From Bacillota bacterium (GTDB taxonomy: Bacteria; Bacillota; Clostridia; Christensenellales; UMGS416), in assembly GCA_023398815.1 (NCBI GenBank), contig JAEWRW010000020.1, forward strand, positions 130,474 to 194,473: 64,000 nt of DNA. Reading direction: 5' to 3'. This document shows positions 54,277-63,245 of the stretch, in pieces (position 1 is the stretch's first letter; every line of letters begins with the position of its first letter). The position numbers were made by a program, and so were the translations under genes. Under the pieces are notes generated by a model. That model made no database searches and had not been told where the DNA came from. It saw only the letters and a program-made list of their open reading frames with translations.

Positions 54277-57200
54277 ATGATGAAGTGTGCGAGTTTTTGC
54301 AAATTGCTTCCGCGGCTTTTGCTGACGGCGGCTGTGTGTATGGGGCTGCTGCTGACGCAGACACCTGTGGCATGGGCCGAAGGCCCCGTTGCCATTGACA
54401 TCGGCGGCGTTTCGGGTGGGGGCACCGGTTTCACCTACAGCGGCGGCGTGGTGACGATCACCGCGGCCGGCGACTACACGGTCAGCGGAACAACGTCATC
54501 GAACACGCTTTCGGTTGCGGGCTCCATTGTGGGTCCGGTCAACCTGACGCTCGACAACGTTTCCATGGTAAACTCCAAAACGAGTTCGCTGGCGATTGGC
54601 TCGGGTAGCAGCGTAGATTTGACACTGGTGGGGCTTAGTACACTGTCGTCCAATACGGCAACGTCGAGTTATGCGGGCATTCACGTACCCGATACTGCAA
54701 CGCTTCGCATCTCAGGCACGGGCAGGCTGGACGTGACCGGACGTGGCACGGGTGCGGGCATCGGTTCGGCAGGCAACATCACCATCGAGAGCGGGACGGT
54801 GAACGCGACGGGTGGTTACAACGACAGTGGGACCGGCGGCTCAGGGATACGCGGTACCGTCGTGATCAACGGCGGCGCGGTGACGGCCAAGGGCGGCCTT
54901 TCCCCATATGCCGCCAGCGGCTCAGGGTTGGCGGGTACGGTCACAATCAACGCCGGTGTTGTGGTTGCAGACGCCGGTTCCGGGGCCGTGGGCGGCGCGG
55001 GCATCGGTGGCTCTGGCAGTGAGACCGCGGGCAATATCACCATCAACGGCGGCACCGTTACGGCGACGGGCGACAAAAACAGTGGGCAAAGCGGCGCAGG
55101 CATTGGCGGTGGCTACGGAGGTTCGGGCGGCGCGGTTGTCATCAATGGCGGAAACGTGACGGCCAAGGGTGCCACCGGCGGTGCGGGCATCGGTGGTGGT
55201 TATGGCGGTTGGGGTGGAAGCGTTACGATCACCAACCAGAATGGGGATACTGTTGTAACGGCTTCGGGCATGAATGGCGGTGCGGGCATCGGCGGTGGGG
55301 AAGGCGTCAACGGAAACGGCGGCGCAGGCGGCACCATTCTCATCAGCGGTGGCACGGTCTATGCCGACGGGGCAACCGGCTTGGGTGGTGCGGGCATTGG
55401 CGGCGGGTATACGGGGTCTTCCGGCGGGCAGATCACCATCAGCGGCGGTGAGGTGCACGCGACGGGTGGCTACAACAGCGCCGGCATCGGCGGAGCCGAA
55501 TCGTGCAGCGGCGGCACGATCAACATCAGCGGCGGCCAGGTGACGGCGCAAGGCGGTTTCCAGGGTGCGGGCATTGGCTGTGGCTACAACAGAAGCACCA
55601 ACGGCGGGGTCAAGGGCGGCCAGATCACCATCACGGGCGGGATCGTGAACGCCACAGGCGGCTCGAACAGCGCGGGCATTGGCGGCGGGTTCAATGCCTC
55701 CGCTGACATCATCCAGATCGGCGGCACGGCTTCCGTCACGGCTGGCGGGCAGGGCGGCGCAGGCATCGGCGGCGGTGCCAACCAGAGCACGAGCTATGAC
55801 GAGAACGCAAACGGTGGGACGATCGTCATCGGCGGTGGCACGGTGACGGCCACGGGTGTCAACGGCGGCGCGGGAATCGGCGGCGGCTACATGGGCAATA
55901 CCGGGTCCATTGCAATCAACGGTGGGCGGGTCTACGCCACAGTCAATTCTGCCTCCGGCGGGTCGGCCATCGGCTCCGGCGTCAACAGCGCGGATTTGGT
56001 TTATGCTGGCACCAACGTTGTGACCGTGAACGGCGGCTGGGTGCGAACAACGGGCGGGACATATGATTTCGGCGGCGGTAGCACGTGCTTTAGCCGCTCC
56101 GCGACGATAACGTTCAACGGTGGCTCGATCGATGGGAACTCCGCAAAGAGTTGGCCGGTGTCCAGCGCAAAGAGCGTATACAAAACAACCATCACTGTGG
56201 CAAATGCGGACCAGACGCTGCTGACCGATGCCGACGTGACCTACCAAGTCAACGGCGGAAGCAGCATTTCAACGAGAACCGACGACGGGGGCAAGCTGTA
56301 TCTGTGGCTGCCCACATCCGGCAGTGCCACCGTTCAGGTTTTCCAGGGCAGCGTGGAATACGATGCCACTGGCGCGGTAACCGCAGACAATGCTGCCGCG
56401 ATGACCGCGATTGAGCAGACCTACGAGATTGAGCCAATTGACGACCAAGCGTTTGTTGATCTTACCGAAGGGTATGCAAACGGGCAGCAGGAGTCCAAAA
56501 CCATTCGGATCACCAATTCCGGCACGGCGGCACTGACCAATCTTTCGGTTTCACTTGGAACTGGTGAGGAAGCCAACTTCAATCTTGGTGCGCTCCCAGC
56601 TACCACGCTGCCCCCCGGGGCGTCCGTGGACTTCACCCTTGGGGCCAAGGACGGGCTTGCGATCGGCGACTACGTGGCGAATGTGACGATACGGGCCGAC
56701 AAGATGGACGACGTCACGTTCCAAGCCACGCAGACTGTCCGGCTGATAGCCGTCGATTTTGTCGATGGGGGAACGCCCTTCGATTCCCGATCGGTCCATT
56801 ACAATGCGCCGGTGGGGGAGGCCGACTGGCCCTCCGACCCAGAGAAGACCGGCTATGATTTCGTCGGCTGGTTTGCGAATGCGGGGGAGCAGGCATTGCC
56901 CAACACTGCCTTCCTGCAGGATGCGACGCTGACGGCAAGGTGGTCGGTAACTCAATACACCATTGGATATGACCTGGGTGGCGGCACCGTCACCTCTTCC
57001 AATCCGACCGGTTACACCATTGAAAGTGATGCGATCACGCTGGTCAACCCAACCAAGACCGGCTATCAGTTCGCGGGTTGGACGGGCAACGACATTACCG
57101 AGCCCTCAGTGGCTGTGACAATCTCGTCGGGATCCGTGGGCAATCTGCTGTTCACGGCGAACTGGACAGCAAACACCTACACGATCGCCTTCGACGGCAA

Positions 57201-58893
57201 CGGCGGCACGGGTACGACAAGCTCCGCCCTGTATACCTATGACGAGCCGAAGGCGCTGACGGCGAACGGCTTTACAAAGCCGGGCTATTCGTTCGCTGGC
57301 TGGGCCAGGAGCCAGGGAGGCCCTGTCGCATACGACGACGCAGAAACCGTGCAGAACCTGACCGAGGAGGACGGCGCCACGGTGACACTCTGGGCCCATT
57401 GGACGAGAGTCGATTACACGATCAGCTATGATCTGAACGGCGGCTCGGTCAGCCCCGCCAACCCATCGGGTTACAATGTGGAGAGCGATGACATCGTGCT
57501 TCGCAACCCGGCAAAGACGGGGTATGCTTTTGCCGGCTGGTCGGGCACTGGTATCACGGGCACCGCAACGAGCGTAACCATCGCCAGTGGGTCAACGGGC
57601 AACCGGACATACGAAGCGCATTGGAATGCGGATGTGACCGTGACTTTTGACAGCCAGGGCGGTAGCTCTGTCGCCAGCAAAACGGCTGCATACAACACAA
57701 CCATCTCTGCGCCTGCCGACCCCAAGCGCACGGGCTATTCCTTCGGCGGTTGGTACAAGCAGGCCGCGTGCACCACCGCCTGGAACTTCTCCGCGGATAA
57801 GGTGACGGCTAACATCACGCTCTATGCCAAGTGGACGGCGAACAAGTATACCATCACCGCCACGGCGAGTAACACCGCCTACGGCTCTGTCACCGGGTCT
57901 GGCAGCTATGCCTACGGCACCACCGCCACGCTCAAGGCCATTCCCAAGGCCGGCTGCCGGTTTGTGCGCTGGTTGGAGGGCAGTACGGCGGTGTCCACAA
58001 GCAATCCGTATCGTTTCACGGTGGGCAAGGCACGCACGCTGAAGGCGGAGTTTGCCAAGATTGGTGTGCCCACAGTCAAGGCGGCCTCGGCTGGTTATAA
58101 CAGCGTCAAGCTCACTTGGGCCGCCGTGGCAGGGGCCAGCGGCTATGAAGTCTACCGCGCCACCACCAAAACGGGCACGTACAAGCTGGCGGGGACGGCC
58201 AGTGGTACCAGCTATGTCAACGCCGGCCTAGCCACGGGCACGACATACTACTACAAGGTGCGGGCCAAGTGCATTACGGGCAGCACGACGACCTATGGCG
58301 GCTATGCTGCGGTTGTGTCCGCCAAACCGGTTCCTGCTGTGCCCGCATCCGTCAAAGCTGTCTCGGCATCTTATAGCAGTGTTAAGCTGACCTGGAGCGC
58401 GGTCTCCGGCGCGAGCGGGTACGAGGTCTACCGCGCCACATCCAGCGGCGGCACCTATACCAAGCTCACAACTACTACGGCGGCGAGTTATACCACCACG
58501 GGGCAGACGACCGGGAAGACGTATTACTATAAAGTGCGGGCCTACCGCACGGTGAGCGGAACCAAGGTGTACGGCGGCTACTCGGCTGCCATCTCCGCCA
58601 AAGCTCTTCCGGGCACGCCGGGTGGGGTGAAAGCCGCGAGGGCGTCCAATTCTTCTGTCAAGGTGTCGTGGGACAAGGTCTCCGGCGCGAGCGGTTACGA
58701 GGTTTACCGCGCAACCTCCAAAACGGGAACATACGCGAAAGTGGGGTCCGTCACCAATGGCGCCACGGTGAGCTACACCAACAAGGGCCTGACGGATAAC
58801 AAGCTGTACTACTACAAAGTCCGCGCCTACCGGGCGGTAGGGTCGGCAAAAGTCTACGGGGCCTTCAGTGCGATCGTTTCGGCGACGCCATGA
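54277..58893 (+). CDS. Giant secreted surface protein: Gly-rich beta-helix repeats, B-repeats (Listeria-Bacteroides repeat) and FN3 modules
   Basis: The ATG at 54277 lies 8 nt after GGAGG. The signal peptide ends AWAEG. It has about 13-14 G-[AS]-G-I-G-G-G repeats, about six GW-containing B-repeats (TGY.F.GW) and a C-terminal FN3 array. No LPXTG motif. Confidence 0.9.
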   Translation: MMKCASFCKLLPRLLLTAAVCMGLLLTQTPVAWAEGPVAIDIGGVSGGGTGFTYSGGVVTITAAGDYTVSGTTSSNTLSVAGSIVGPVNLTLDNVSMVNSKTSSLAIGSGSSVDLTLVGLSTLSSNTATSSYAGIHVPDTATLRISGTGRLDVTGRGTGAGIGSAGNITIESGTVNATGGYNDSGTGGSGIRGTVVINGGAVTAKGGLSPYAASGSGLAGTVTINAGVVVADAGSGAVGGAGIGGSGSETAGNITINGGTVTATGDKNSGQSGAGIGGGYGGSGGAVVINGGNVTAKGATGGAGIGGGYGGWGGSVTITNQNGDTVVTASGMNGGAGIGGGEGVNGNGGAGGTILISGGTVYADGATGLGGAGIGGGYTGSSGGQITISGGEVHATGGYNSAGIGGAESCSGGTINISGGQVTAQGGFQGAGIGCGYNRSTNGGVKGGQITITGGIVNATGGSNSAGIGGGFNASADIIQIGGTASVTAGGQGGAGIGGGANQSTSYDENANGGTIVIGGGTVTATGVNGGAGIGGGYMGNTGSIAINGGRVYATVNSASGGSAIGSGVNSADLVYAGTNVVTVNGGWVRTTGGTYDFGGGSTCFSRSATITFNGGSIDGNSAKSWPVSSAKSVYKTTITVANADQTLLTDADVTYQVNGGSSISTRTDDGGKLYLWLPTSGSATVQVFQGSVEYDATGAVTADNAAAMTAIEQTYEIEPIDDQAFVDLTEGYANGQQESKTIRITNSGTAALTNLSVSLGTGEEANFNLGALPATTLPPGASVDFTLGAKDGLAIGDYVANVTIRADKMDDVTFQATQTVRLIAVDFVDGGTPFDSRSVHYNAPVGEADWPSDPEKTGYDFVGWFANAGEQALPNTAFLQDATLTARWSVTQYTIGYDLGGGTVTSSNPTGYTIESDAITLVNPTKTGYQFAGWTGNDITEPSVAVTISSGSVGNLLFTANWTANTYTIAFDGNGGTGTTSSALYTYDEPKALTANGFTKPGYSFAGWARSQGGPVAYDDAETVQNLTEEDGATVTLWAHWTRVDYTISYDLNGGSVSPANPSGYNVESDDIVLRNPAKTGYAFAGWSGTGITGTATSVTIASGSTGNRTYEAHWNADVTVTFDSQGGSSVASKTAAYNTTISAPADPKRTGYSFGGWYKQAACTTAWNFSADKVTANITLYAKWTANKYTITATASNTAYGSVTGSGSYAYGTTATLKAIPKAGCRFVRWLEGSTAVSTSNPYRFTVGKARTLKAEFAKIGVPTVKAASAGYNSVKLTWAAVAGASGYEVYRATTKTGTYKLAGTASGTSYVNAGLATGTTYYYKVRAKCITGSTTTYGGYAAVVSAKPVPAVPASVKAVSASYSSVKLTWSAVSGASGYEVYRATSSGGTYTKLTTTTAASYTTTGQTTGKTYYYKVRAYRTVSGTKVYGGYSAAISAKALPGTPGGVKAARASNSSVKVSWDKVSGASGYEVYRATSKTGTYAKVGSVTNGATVSYTNKGLTDNKLYYYKVRAYRAVGSAKVYGAFSAIVSATP
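54679..56076 (+). repeat. Imperfect tandem coding repeats of about 28-37 codons (GGAGIGGG beta-helix rungs)
   Basis: The motif recurs at roughly aa 164, 192, 245, 278, 307, 339, 375, 406, 435, 470, 498, 535 and 566 of the track ORF. The nucleotide string GGTGCGGGCATCGG(C/T)GG recurs. Confidence 0.7.
57844..58893 (+). repeat. C-terminal B-repeat plus FN3 cassette, copy 2 (paralogous to 40843-41871, opposite strand)
   Basis: See copy 1. Module order and length match (348 vs 342 aa). Confidence 0.65.
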
Positions 58894-59014
58894 GGGATGC
58901 CGGTCGGATTGCTTGGAGCGGCGGAGGCGGAGATTGTGACCTGATCGCCGCTCGCGCGAAACGATGATGGTGCGCTATTCCTGCCAGAGGCCAGAGCGTC
59001 CATGTCAAAATGCA

Positions 59015-59049
59015 ATGGGGGCGGAAGCAGACAGCGCTTCCGCCCCCAT
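59015..59049 (+). terminator. Terminator hairpin 1 after the giant surface protein gene
   Basis: ATGGGGGCGGAAGC, a 7-nt loop, then GCTTCCGCCCCCAT followed by CTTTG. Confidence 0.6.
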
Positions 59050-59057
59050 CTTTGCGT

Positions 59058-59102
59058 AAACGGAGTGAATCTGCTTCCACTCACAGATTCACTCCGTTTT
59101 TC
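59058..59102. terminator. Terminator hairpin 2, bidirectional
   Basis: AAACGGAGTGAATCTG, a 10-nt loop, then CAGATTCACTCCGTTT followed by TTT. It lies 47 nt below the stop of the minus-strand gene at 59149. Confidence 0.75.
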
Positions 59103-59148
59103 CGCCACCAGATGGCGTCATGAAATTCTGCCCAAACCCATTCTCCTG

Positions 59149-60606
59149 TTATACAACCTGCATGCGAACGGCAATAAACTGCTTGCCTGGCAACTCGATC
59201 TTGAACTCACCGTCGTACAGGCCGGGCAGACGGGTGATCGTCATGTCCCAGGTATCAATCACATCCACGGTGAATTGCAGCCCATCGGGCAGGTGGAAGA
59301 CCCGGAACGCGGGTTGGTAAAACCCAAAGTAGAACAGATAGTATTCGCCCTGCTTTCCGCCGCAGGGCACGTCCCAGTCCATTGGGATGGGGGAGAGGCC
59401 TGCGGGCGGGCCTTCCTCCACAATCTGCCGCAGGAAAGCAATGCGCGCAGGACTTGTGCCATGCAGCGTGCCGCCCTTGGCCCACCACAGAATGTCGTCC
59501 GGGTGCAGGTAGGTCTCCCCATGGCCGACGTATCCGCCGCGCACGGCTCCCTCCCAGAAGCGGCGCGCCATCTCCTGCCCGGTGATGTTGCCCCAACCGT
59601 GGTTGATGTTGCCTTCGTAGGCGCATTCGTCCACTACCACCGGCTTTTGATAGCGCTCGCGCCACTCGTTGACCAGTTCGCTGGTCTTGTACACGTCGAC
59701 CCGTTGGATGCTGCAGTGGGTGATCCAGGGCCGGCTGTGGTCGTAGTGGTGGATGCAGTTGTGGATGGAACGCAGATGGGCGTACGGATCCTGCTCCATG
59801 ACGATGGCAGCCAACCTCTCCCAATCGGCAATGGACTTTTGCATCAGGTCATATTCATTGGCGAAGGCCCACCAGATGTTTCGAAAGGCGGCCAGCCTTG
59901 CCACGAGATACTTCAGGTACCGGTCGTCGGCATCGCTGCCCATGTTAGCAAAGCCCCAGCGGTCGTAGGGGTGGAACAGGATGAGGTCCGCCTCCATGCC
60001 CAACTCCATGAGATCATGAATGCGCCCCTCTAGATGCCGAAAAAAGGCGGGGTTGAACCGCGTATAATCCCAGCCTTCCTCCGGTGACCCCACAAATGGA
60101 TACCACTCCGGTTCGTTGTGGTTGTAGTCGTAGCGTTTGGGGAACACACACATCCGCATTTTGTTGAACGGTGCCTCTGCCAGGGTTTTGAGCGTCTGCT
60201 CTTCCAGCGCGTCACCTTGATGGTTCCAAACATAACAGGTGGTGCCGAATGGATAGTAAGCGGTGCCGTCCTCATAAGCGAAGTGATAGGTGCCCCGCAC
60301 CCGTACCGGGCCATGGTTTCCGGGCTGCGCCGGTGTGCAGGCAAAAGTGCCTTCAACCCCATGCAGGGCCACGCAATTGCTCTGTGTCACGAAGGACCAT
60401 TCACCGACTAGATCGGGCATGGCCCGGATGACATAGCGACCATCCCCGTCGTAGAATCCCGGCTGACGCAACGTCCTACCCTTGCATGAGAAGGTGGCGC
60501 TGAGCTCCATATCAACAAACGGATTGCCTTCTGGCGAGCCATCCAACGCGATCTCGAACATGCTCCAGCGCTCCACTGTGTTTGGGTATTGCGCTTGTGT
60601 CATCAT
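59149..60606 (-). CDS. DUF5060/DUF4038-type putative glycoside hydrolase (clan GH-A-like TIM barrel)
   Basis: The ATG at 60606 follows AAGGAG. The N-terminal Ig-like block is [14 protein letters not shown]......ATF...[28 protein letters not shown]. The TIM-barrel block [24 protein letters not shown] follows. Confidence 0.7.
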   Translation of the reverse strand: MMTQAQYPNTVERWSMFEIALDGSPEGNPFVDMELSATFSCKGRTLRQPGFYDGDGRYVIRAMPDLVGEWSFVTQSNCVALHGVEGTFACTPAQPGNHGPVRVRGTYHFAYEDGTAYYPFGTTCYVWNHQGDALEEQTLKTLAEAPFNKMRMCVFPKRYDYNHNEPEWYPFVGSPEEGWDYTRFNPAFFRHLEGRIHDLMELGMEADLILFHPYDRWGFANMGSDADDRYLKYLVARLAAFRNIWWAFANEYDLMQKSIADWERLAAIVMEQDPYAHLRSIHNCIHHYDHSRPWITHCSIQRVDVYKTSELVNEWRERYQKPVVVDECAYEGNINHGWGNITGQEMARRFWEGAVRGGYVGHGETYLHPDDILWWAKGGTLHGTSPARIAFLRQIVEEGPPAGLSPIPMDWDVPCGGKQGEYYLFYFGFYQPAFRVFHLPDGLQFTVDVIDTWDMTITRLPGLYDGEFKIELPGKQFIAVRMQVV

Positions 60607-60804
60607 TGCGGTCTCCTTTTCGTTCCTTGTCGGCCGGGGGAGGGGATCCGTCTTCGGCCGCACCAAACTGCGGCGGTGCCATGTGGTTCGTGGGTGCCTC
60701 TTCCGGAATCCCGGCAACGTGACAGCAGATGAACCAATATGGCGGTTCAATCATCTTTACACATGTACCGCATCAAATCCTGCAAAAGCTGGGTGAAATA
60801 CTTC

Positions 60805-60833
60805 TTGACTGAATCGCAAAAATACGATACGAT
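60805..60833 (+). promoter_or_regulatory. Promoter of the arsR-family gene
   Basis: TTGACT (60805-60810), a 17-nt spacer, then TACGAT (60828-60833). Confidence 0.4.
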
Positions 60834-60836
60834 TAG

Positions 60837-60854
60837 CATCGTAAAATACCGATG
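60837..60854. promoter_or_regulatory. ArsR-type operator, copy 1 (imperfect dyad)
   Basis: CATCG-TAAAATAC-CGATG. It lies directly downstream of the -10 element and overlaps a second dyad, ACGAT-TAGC-ATCGT. Confidence 0.5.
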
Positions 60855-60873
60855 CGCAAAGGAGGCGCCATTC

Positions 60874-61179
60874 ATGAATCTCTCAAAGGTGTGCAACGCC
60901 CTGGGCAACGAGACCCGGTTTCAGATCATCAAGGCCTTGAAGGATAAGGCCATCGGCACCTGCTGTGACAAGATACAGTATTTTGAGGACGGTGCCAGCG
61001 TCGCGGACGTGGTGACAAGCACCGGCTTGGCGCAGTCGACCGTATCGCAGCACCTGGCGGTATTGGAGCAGGCTGGCCTCATCACGCGGGAGAAGCGCGG
61101 CTCGTGGACTTGTTTCTTTCTCAACAAGCCTCTTTTGCAGGAGTTTTCCGAGGTTTTCCGCCAAACGCTGTGTGACTAG
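60874..61179 (+). CDS. ArsR/SmtB family metalloregulatory repressor
   Basis: The ATG at 60874 follows AAGGAGG. The winged HTH reads VADVVTSTGLAQSTVSQHLAVLEQAGLITREKRG. The Cys pair in GTCCDKI sits at the position of the alpha3 ELCVCDL site. Confidence 0.85.
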   Translation: MNLSKVCNALGNETRFQIIKALKDKAIGTCCDKIQYFEDGASVADVVTSTGLAQSTVSQHLAVLEQAGLITREKRGSWTCFFLNKPLLQEFSEVFRQTLCD

Positions 61180-61217
61180 CTCACGGCAACCATCTTTCTA
61201 TTTTTTTCGCCCTATTA

Positions 61218-61235
61218 CATCGTAAATTTACGATG
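61218..61235. promoter_or_regulatory. ArsR-type operator, copy 2 (perfect 18-nt palindrome)
   Basis: CATCGTAAATTTACGATG. It lies 29 nt upstream of the permease start codon. Confidence 0.6.
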
Positions 61236-61263
61236 ACTTAACCGACTTGGGAGGAGACTCAAC

Positions 61264-62373
61264 ATGCTGCAAACCGTTCTGCAACTGCTAACCGACACCT
61301 TTGGCTACGTACTCGGCACCTTGGTGCACAACAGCCCCGCGTTGATTCTAGGCATTCTGGTCGCCGCCGTGATGAACGTGTACGTGGACCCTGAACGAAT
61401 GAAAGCCTGGCTCATGCGCCGTTCGTCGGTGTCCATCCCGGCGACCGTCCTCTTTGGGGCGTTCACTCCCTTCTGCGCCTGTGGAACCATGGCTGTGGTG
61501 CTCTCCATGTTGGCCACCTCGCTGCCCTGGGGGCCGGTGATGGCCTTCCTGACGTCCTCGCCGCTGATGAGCCCGGAAGAATTTGTCCTGATGACCGGCA
61601 TCCTTGGCCCGGCCTTTGCGGTCGCGCTGGCGGCGGCCTCTGTTCTCATGGGTTTGGGTTCCGGCTACGCGACCCATGTGATTGAGAGGAAGACGCACTT
61701 CCTGGACAATCAATTGCGCTTTGCTTCGGATAAGGAAGCAGAAAAAACGGCGAGCTGTGGGTGTTCCGGCGGTGGCAACCGGCAAAACCAGGCCGTTGCC
61801 AGCGGCGTGTGCTGCGCACAGGAGAATGACGATTCCGCCGAGGAAGCGGGCTGCGGATGCGGTGAAGCCGCTGGCGGCTGCGGGTGCGATGCCGTTGCCT
61901 TGCCGCAGCCCAACCGAGCAAAGCCCTTCGGCAGTTTCTTCCGCAGGCATAAGATCGACCAGGTGCTGCGGGCCGCCTATGAGATCAGCATCAAGAAAAT
62001 ACTGCCCTTGTTTGCCTTGTTCGCCGGCATTGGGTACCTGATCAACCACTTCATTCCCACCACCTGGATCTCGGCGCTCTTCGGCTCCCACAACGCCCTC
62101 GCCATTCCTTTTGCGGCGGTGTTGGGCCTGCCGCTGTATGTCAACGGAGACTCGTCCGTCCCGCTGCTGCAGTCGCTCATGCAGAGCGGTGTCAGCGGGG
62201 GAGCCATGCTGGCCTTCATGATTACCGGCCCCGGCACCAGCGCGGGTGTGCTGGCAGGCATCGCCACCATTATGAAGAAGAAGGCCATTGCGCTGTATGT
62301 GAGCTATCTGCTGGTGGGGGCCATCGTGATGGGGTATGTCTATCAATTGGTGCTGCCTCTCATTGGGCGATAA
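61264..62373 (+). CDS. Permease of the DUF318/ArsP (PF03773-like) family with a Cys/Gly-rich cytoplasmic loop
   Basis: GGGAGGAG RBS. The conserved TM motif is FTPFCACGT. The loop (aa 165-208) reads CGCSGGGNRQNQAVASGVCCAQENDDSAEEAGCGCGEAAGGCGC. Confidence 0.8.
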   Translation: MLQTVLQLLTDTFGYVLGTLVHNSPALILGILVAAVMNVYVDPERMKAWLMRRSSVSIPATVLFGAFTPFCACGTMAVVLSMLATSLPWGPVMAFLTSSPLMSPEEFVLMTGILGPAFAVALAAASVLMGLGSGYATHVIERKTHFLDNQLRFASDKEAEKTASCGCSGGGNRQNQAVASGVCCAQENDDSAEEAGCGCGEAAGGCGCDAVALPQPNRAKPFGSFFRRHKIDQVLRAAYEISIKKILPLFALFAGIGYLINHFIPTTWISALFGSHNALAIPFAAVLGLPLYVNGDSSVPLLQSLMQSGVSGGAMLAFMITGPGTSAGVLAGIATIMKKKAIALYVSYLLVGAIVMGYVYQLVLPLIGR

Positions 62374-62412
62374 GGAAACTGGCATTGTTTGTACGTTGAC
62401 CAGATGGAAAGA

Positions 62413-62455
62413 GCAGTGGGGAGTGGTGAAAGCCGCTCCCCACTGCCTTTAATTT
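62413..62455 (+). terminator. Rho-independent terminator after the permease gene
   Basis: GCAGTGGGGAG, a 12-nt loop, then CTCCCCACTGC followed by CTTTAATTTC. Confidence 0.7.
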
Positions 62456-62630
62456 CATATTAGTCTGCAAACAATCTGCTTCGGGTTGTATGTGGATGAA
62501 TTCCGCCGCGTTCGGTGTCTAGCAGGCGAGACAGTGCCTTCGACCATGGCCGGCAGGAGATTGCTATTTCGAATACGAATGACTTCCTTTGGAGTGCTGT
62601 TTCGGTATTGAAGCTTCATAAAAATAACTC

Positions 62631-62661
62631 TTGACTTGGAGTCAACTCCAAGTACTAGGCT
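62631..62661 (+). promoter_or_regulatory. MerR-style promoter with a 19-bp spacer that holds a 9-2-9 dyad
   Basis: TTGACT (62631-62636), a 19-nt spacer, then TAGGCT (62656-62661). The dyad ACTTGGAGT-CA-ACTCCAAGT (62634-62653) overlaps the -35 element and the spacer. Confidence 0.5.
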
Positions 62662-62705
62662 ACGGATATGCGAAGCGGAAACAAGAAAGAGACGGGAGGG
62701 ACCAC

Positions 62706-63224
62706 ATGAATCAATCCATTTTGATTGCGTACTTTTCCCGGCCGGGCAACAACTATGTGAATGGCAACATCAAGAATCTTGCGGTGGGGAACACCGCGGT
62801 CGTTGCCCAGAGAATCAAAGAACGAACGGGTGGTGTCCTCTGGCAAATCAATCCGGTGAAACCATACGCCGAGGATTACCAACTCTGCACAGAGGAGGCG
62901 CAGAGAGAACTCCGCGCCAACGCCAGGCCGGAGCTCACTGGGATGCCGGGCAGCATTGACGACTTTGGTGCGGTCATCCTCGCTTACCCCAACTGGTGGG
63001 GCACCATGCCCATGCCGGTCTGGACGTTCCTGGAGCAATATGACTTCTCCGGCAAGACCATTCTGCCGCTCTGCACCCACGAGGGCAGCGGCATGGGCCG
63101 CAGCGAGGCCGACATCCAAAAGCTCTGCCCCGGCGCGCATGTGAAAGAGGGACTGGCCATAAAAGGTGGAAGCGTGGGAAACGCTGACAGTAGAATTGCA
63201 GACTGGTTGAAGAAGGTACTCTGA
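62706..63224 (+). CDS. Flavodoxin family protein
   Basis: The ATG at 62706 follows GGGAGGG. The N-terminus ILIAYFSRPGNNY is an FMN phosphate-binding loop, and PNWWGTMP is also present. Confidence 0.85.
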   Translation: MNQSILIAYFSRPGNNYVNGNIKNLAVGNTAVVAQRIKERTGGVLWQINPVKPYAEDYQLCTEEAQRELRANARPELTGMPGSIDDFGAVILAYPNWWGTMPMPVWTFLEQYDFSGKTILPLCTHEGSGMGRSEADIQKLCPGAHVKEGLAIKGGSVGNADSRIADWLKKVL

Positions 63225-63245
63225 ACAGGAAAGAAGGAGATCAAA

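Noticed and set aside
54679-56076. Regularly spaced repeats as a possible CRISPR array or other non-coding array
   Set aside because: The repeats are in frame inside a long ORF with a signal peptide. They are imperfect and have no unique spacers. They are protein repeats.
54922-56247. 441-aa minus-strand ORF
   Set aside because: It is antisense to the GGAGIGGG repeat region. The Ala/Arg/Asp-rich translation is a by-product of the GGN GCN codon periodicity.
40843-58893. The inverted C-terminal cassettes as substrates for inversion of the intervening ~16 kb
   Set aside because: The nucleotide identity I could read by eye in the last ~120 nt is only about three-quarters, with no long identical stretch. 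That is too diverged for efficient homologous recombination. No recombinase gene is nearby.
59002-60033. 343-aa plus-strand ORF
   Set aside because: It begins inside the terminator hairpins and runs antisense to the DUF4038 glycosidase gene.
61348-62385. 345-aa minus-strand ORF
   Set aside because: It is antisense to the permease gene, which has family motifs and TM helices.
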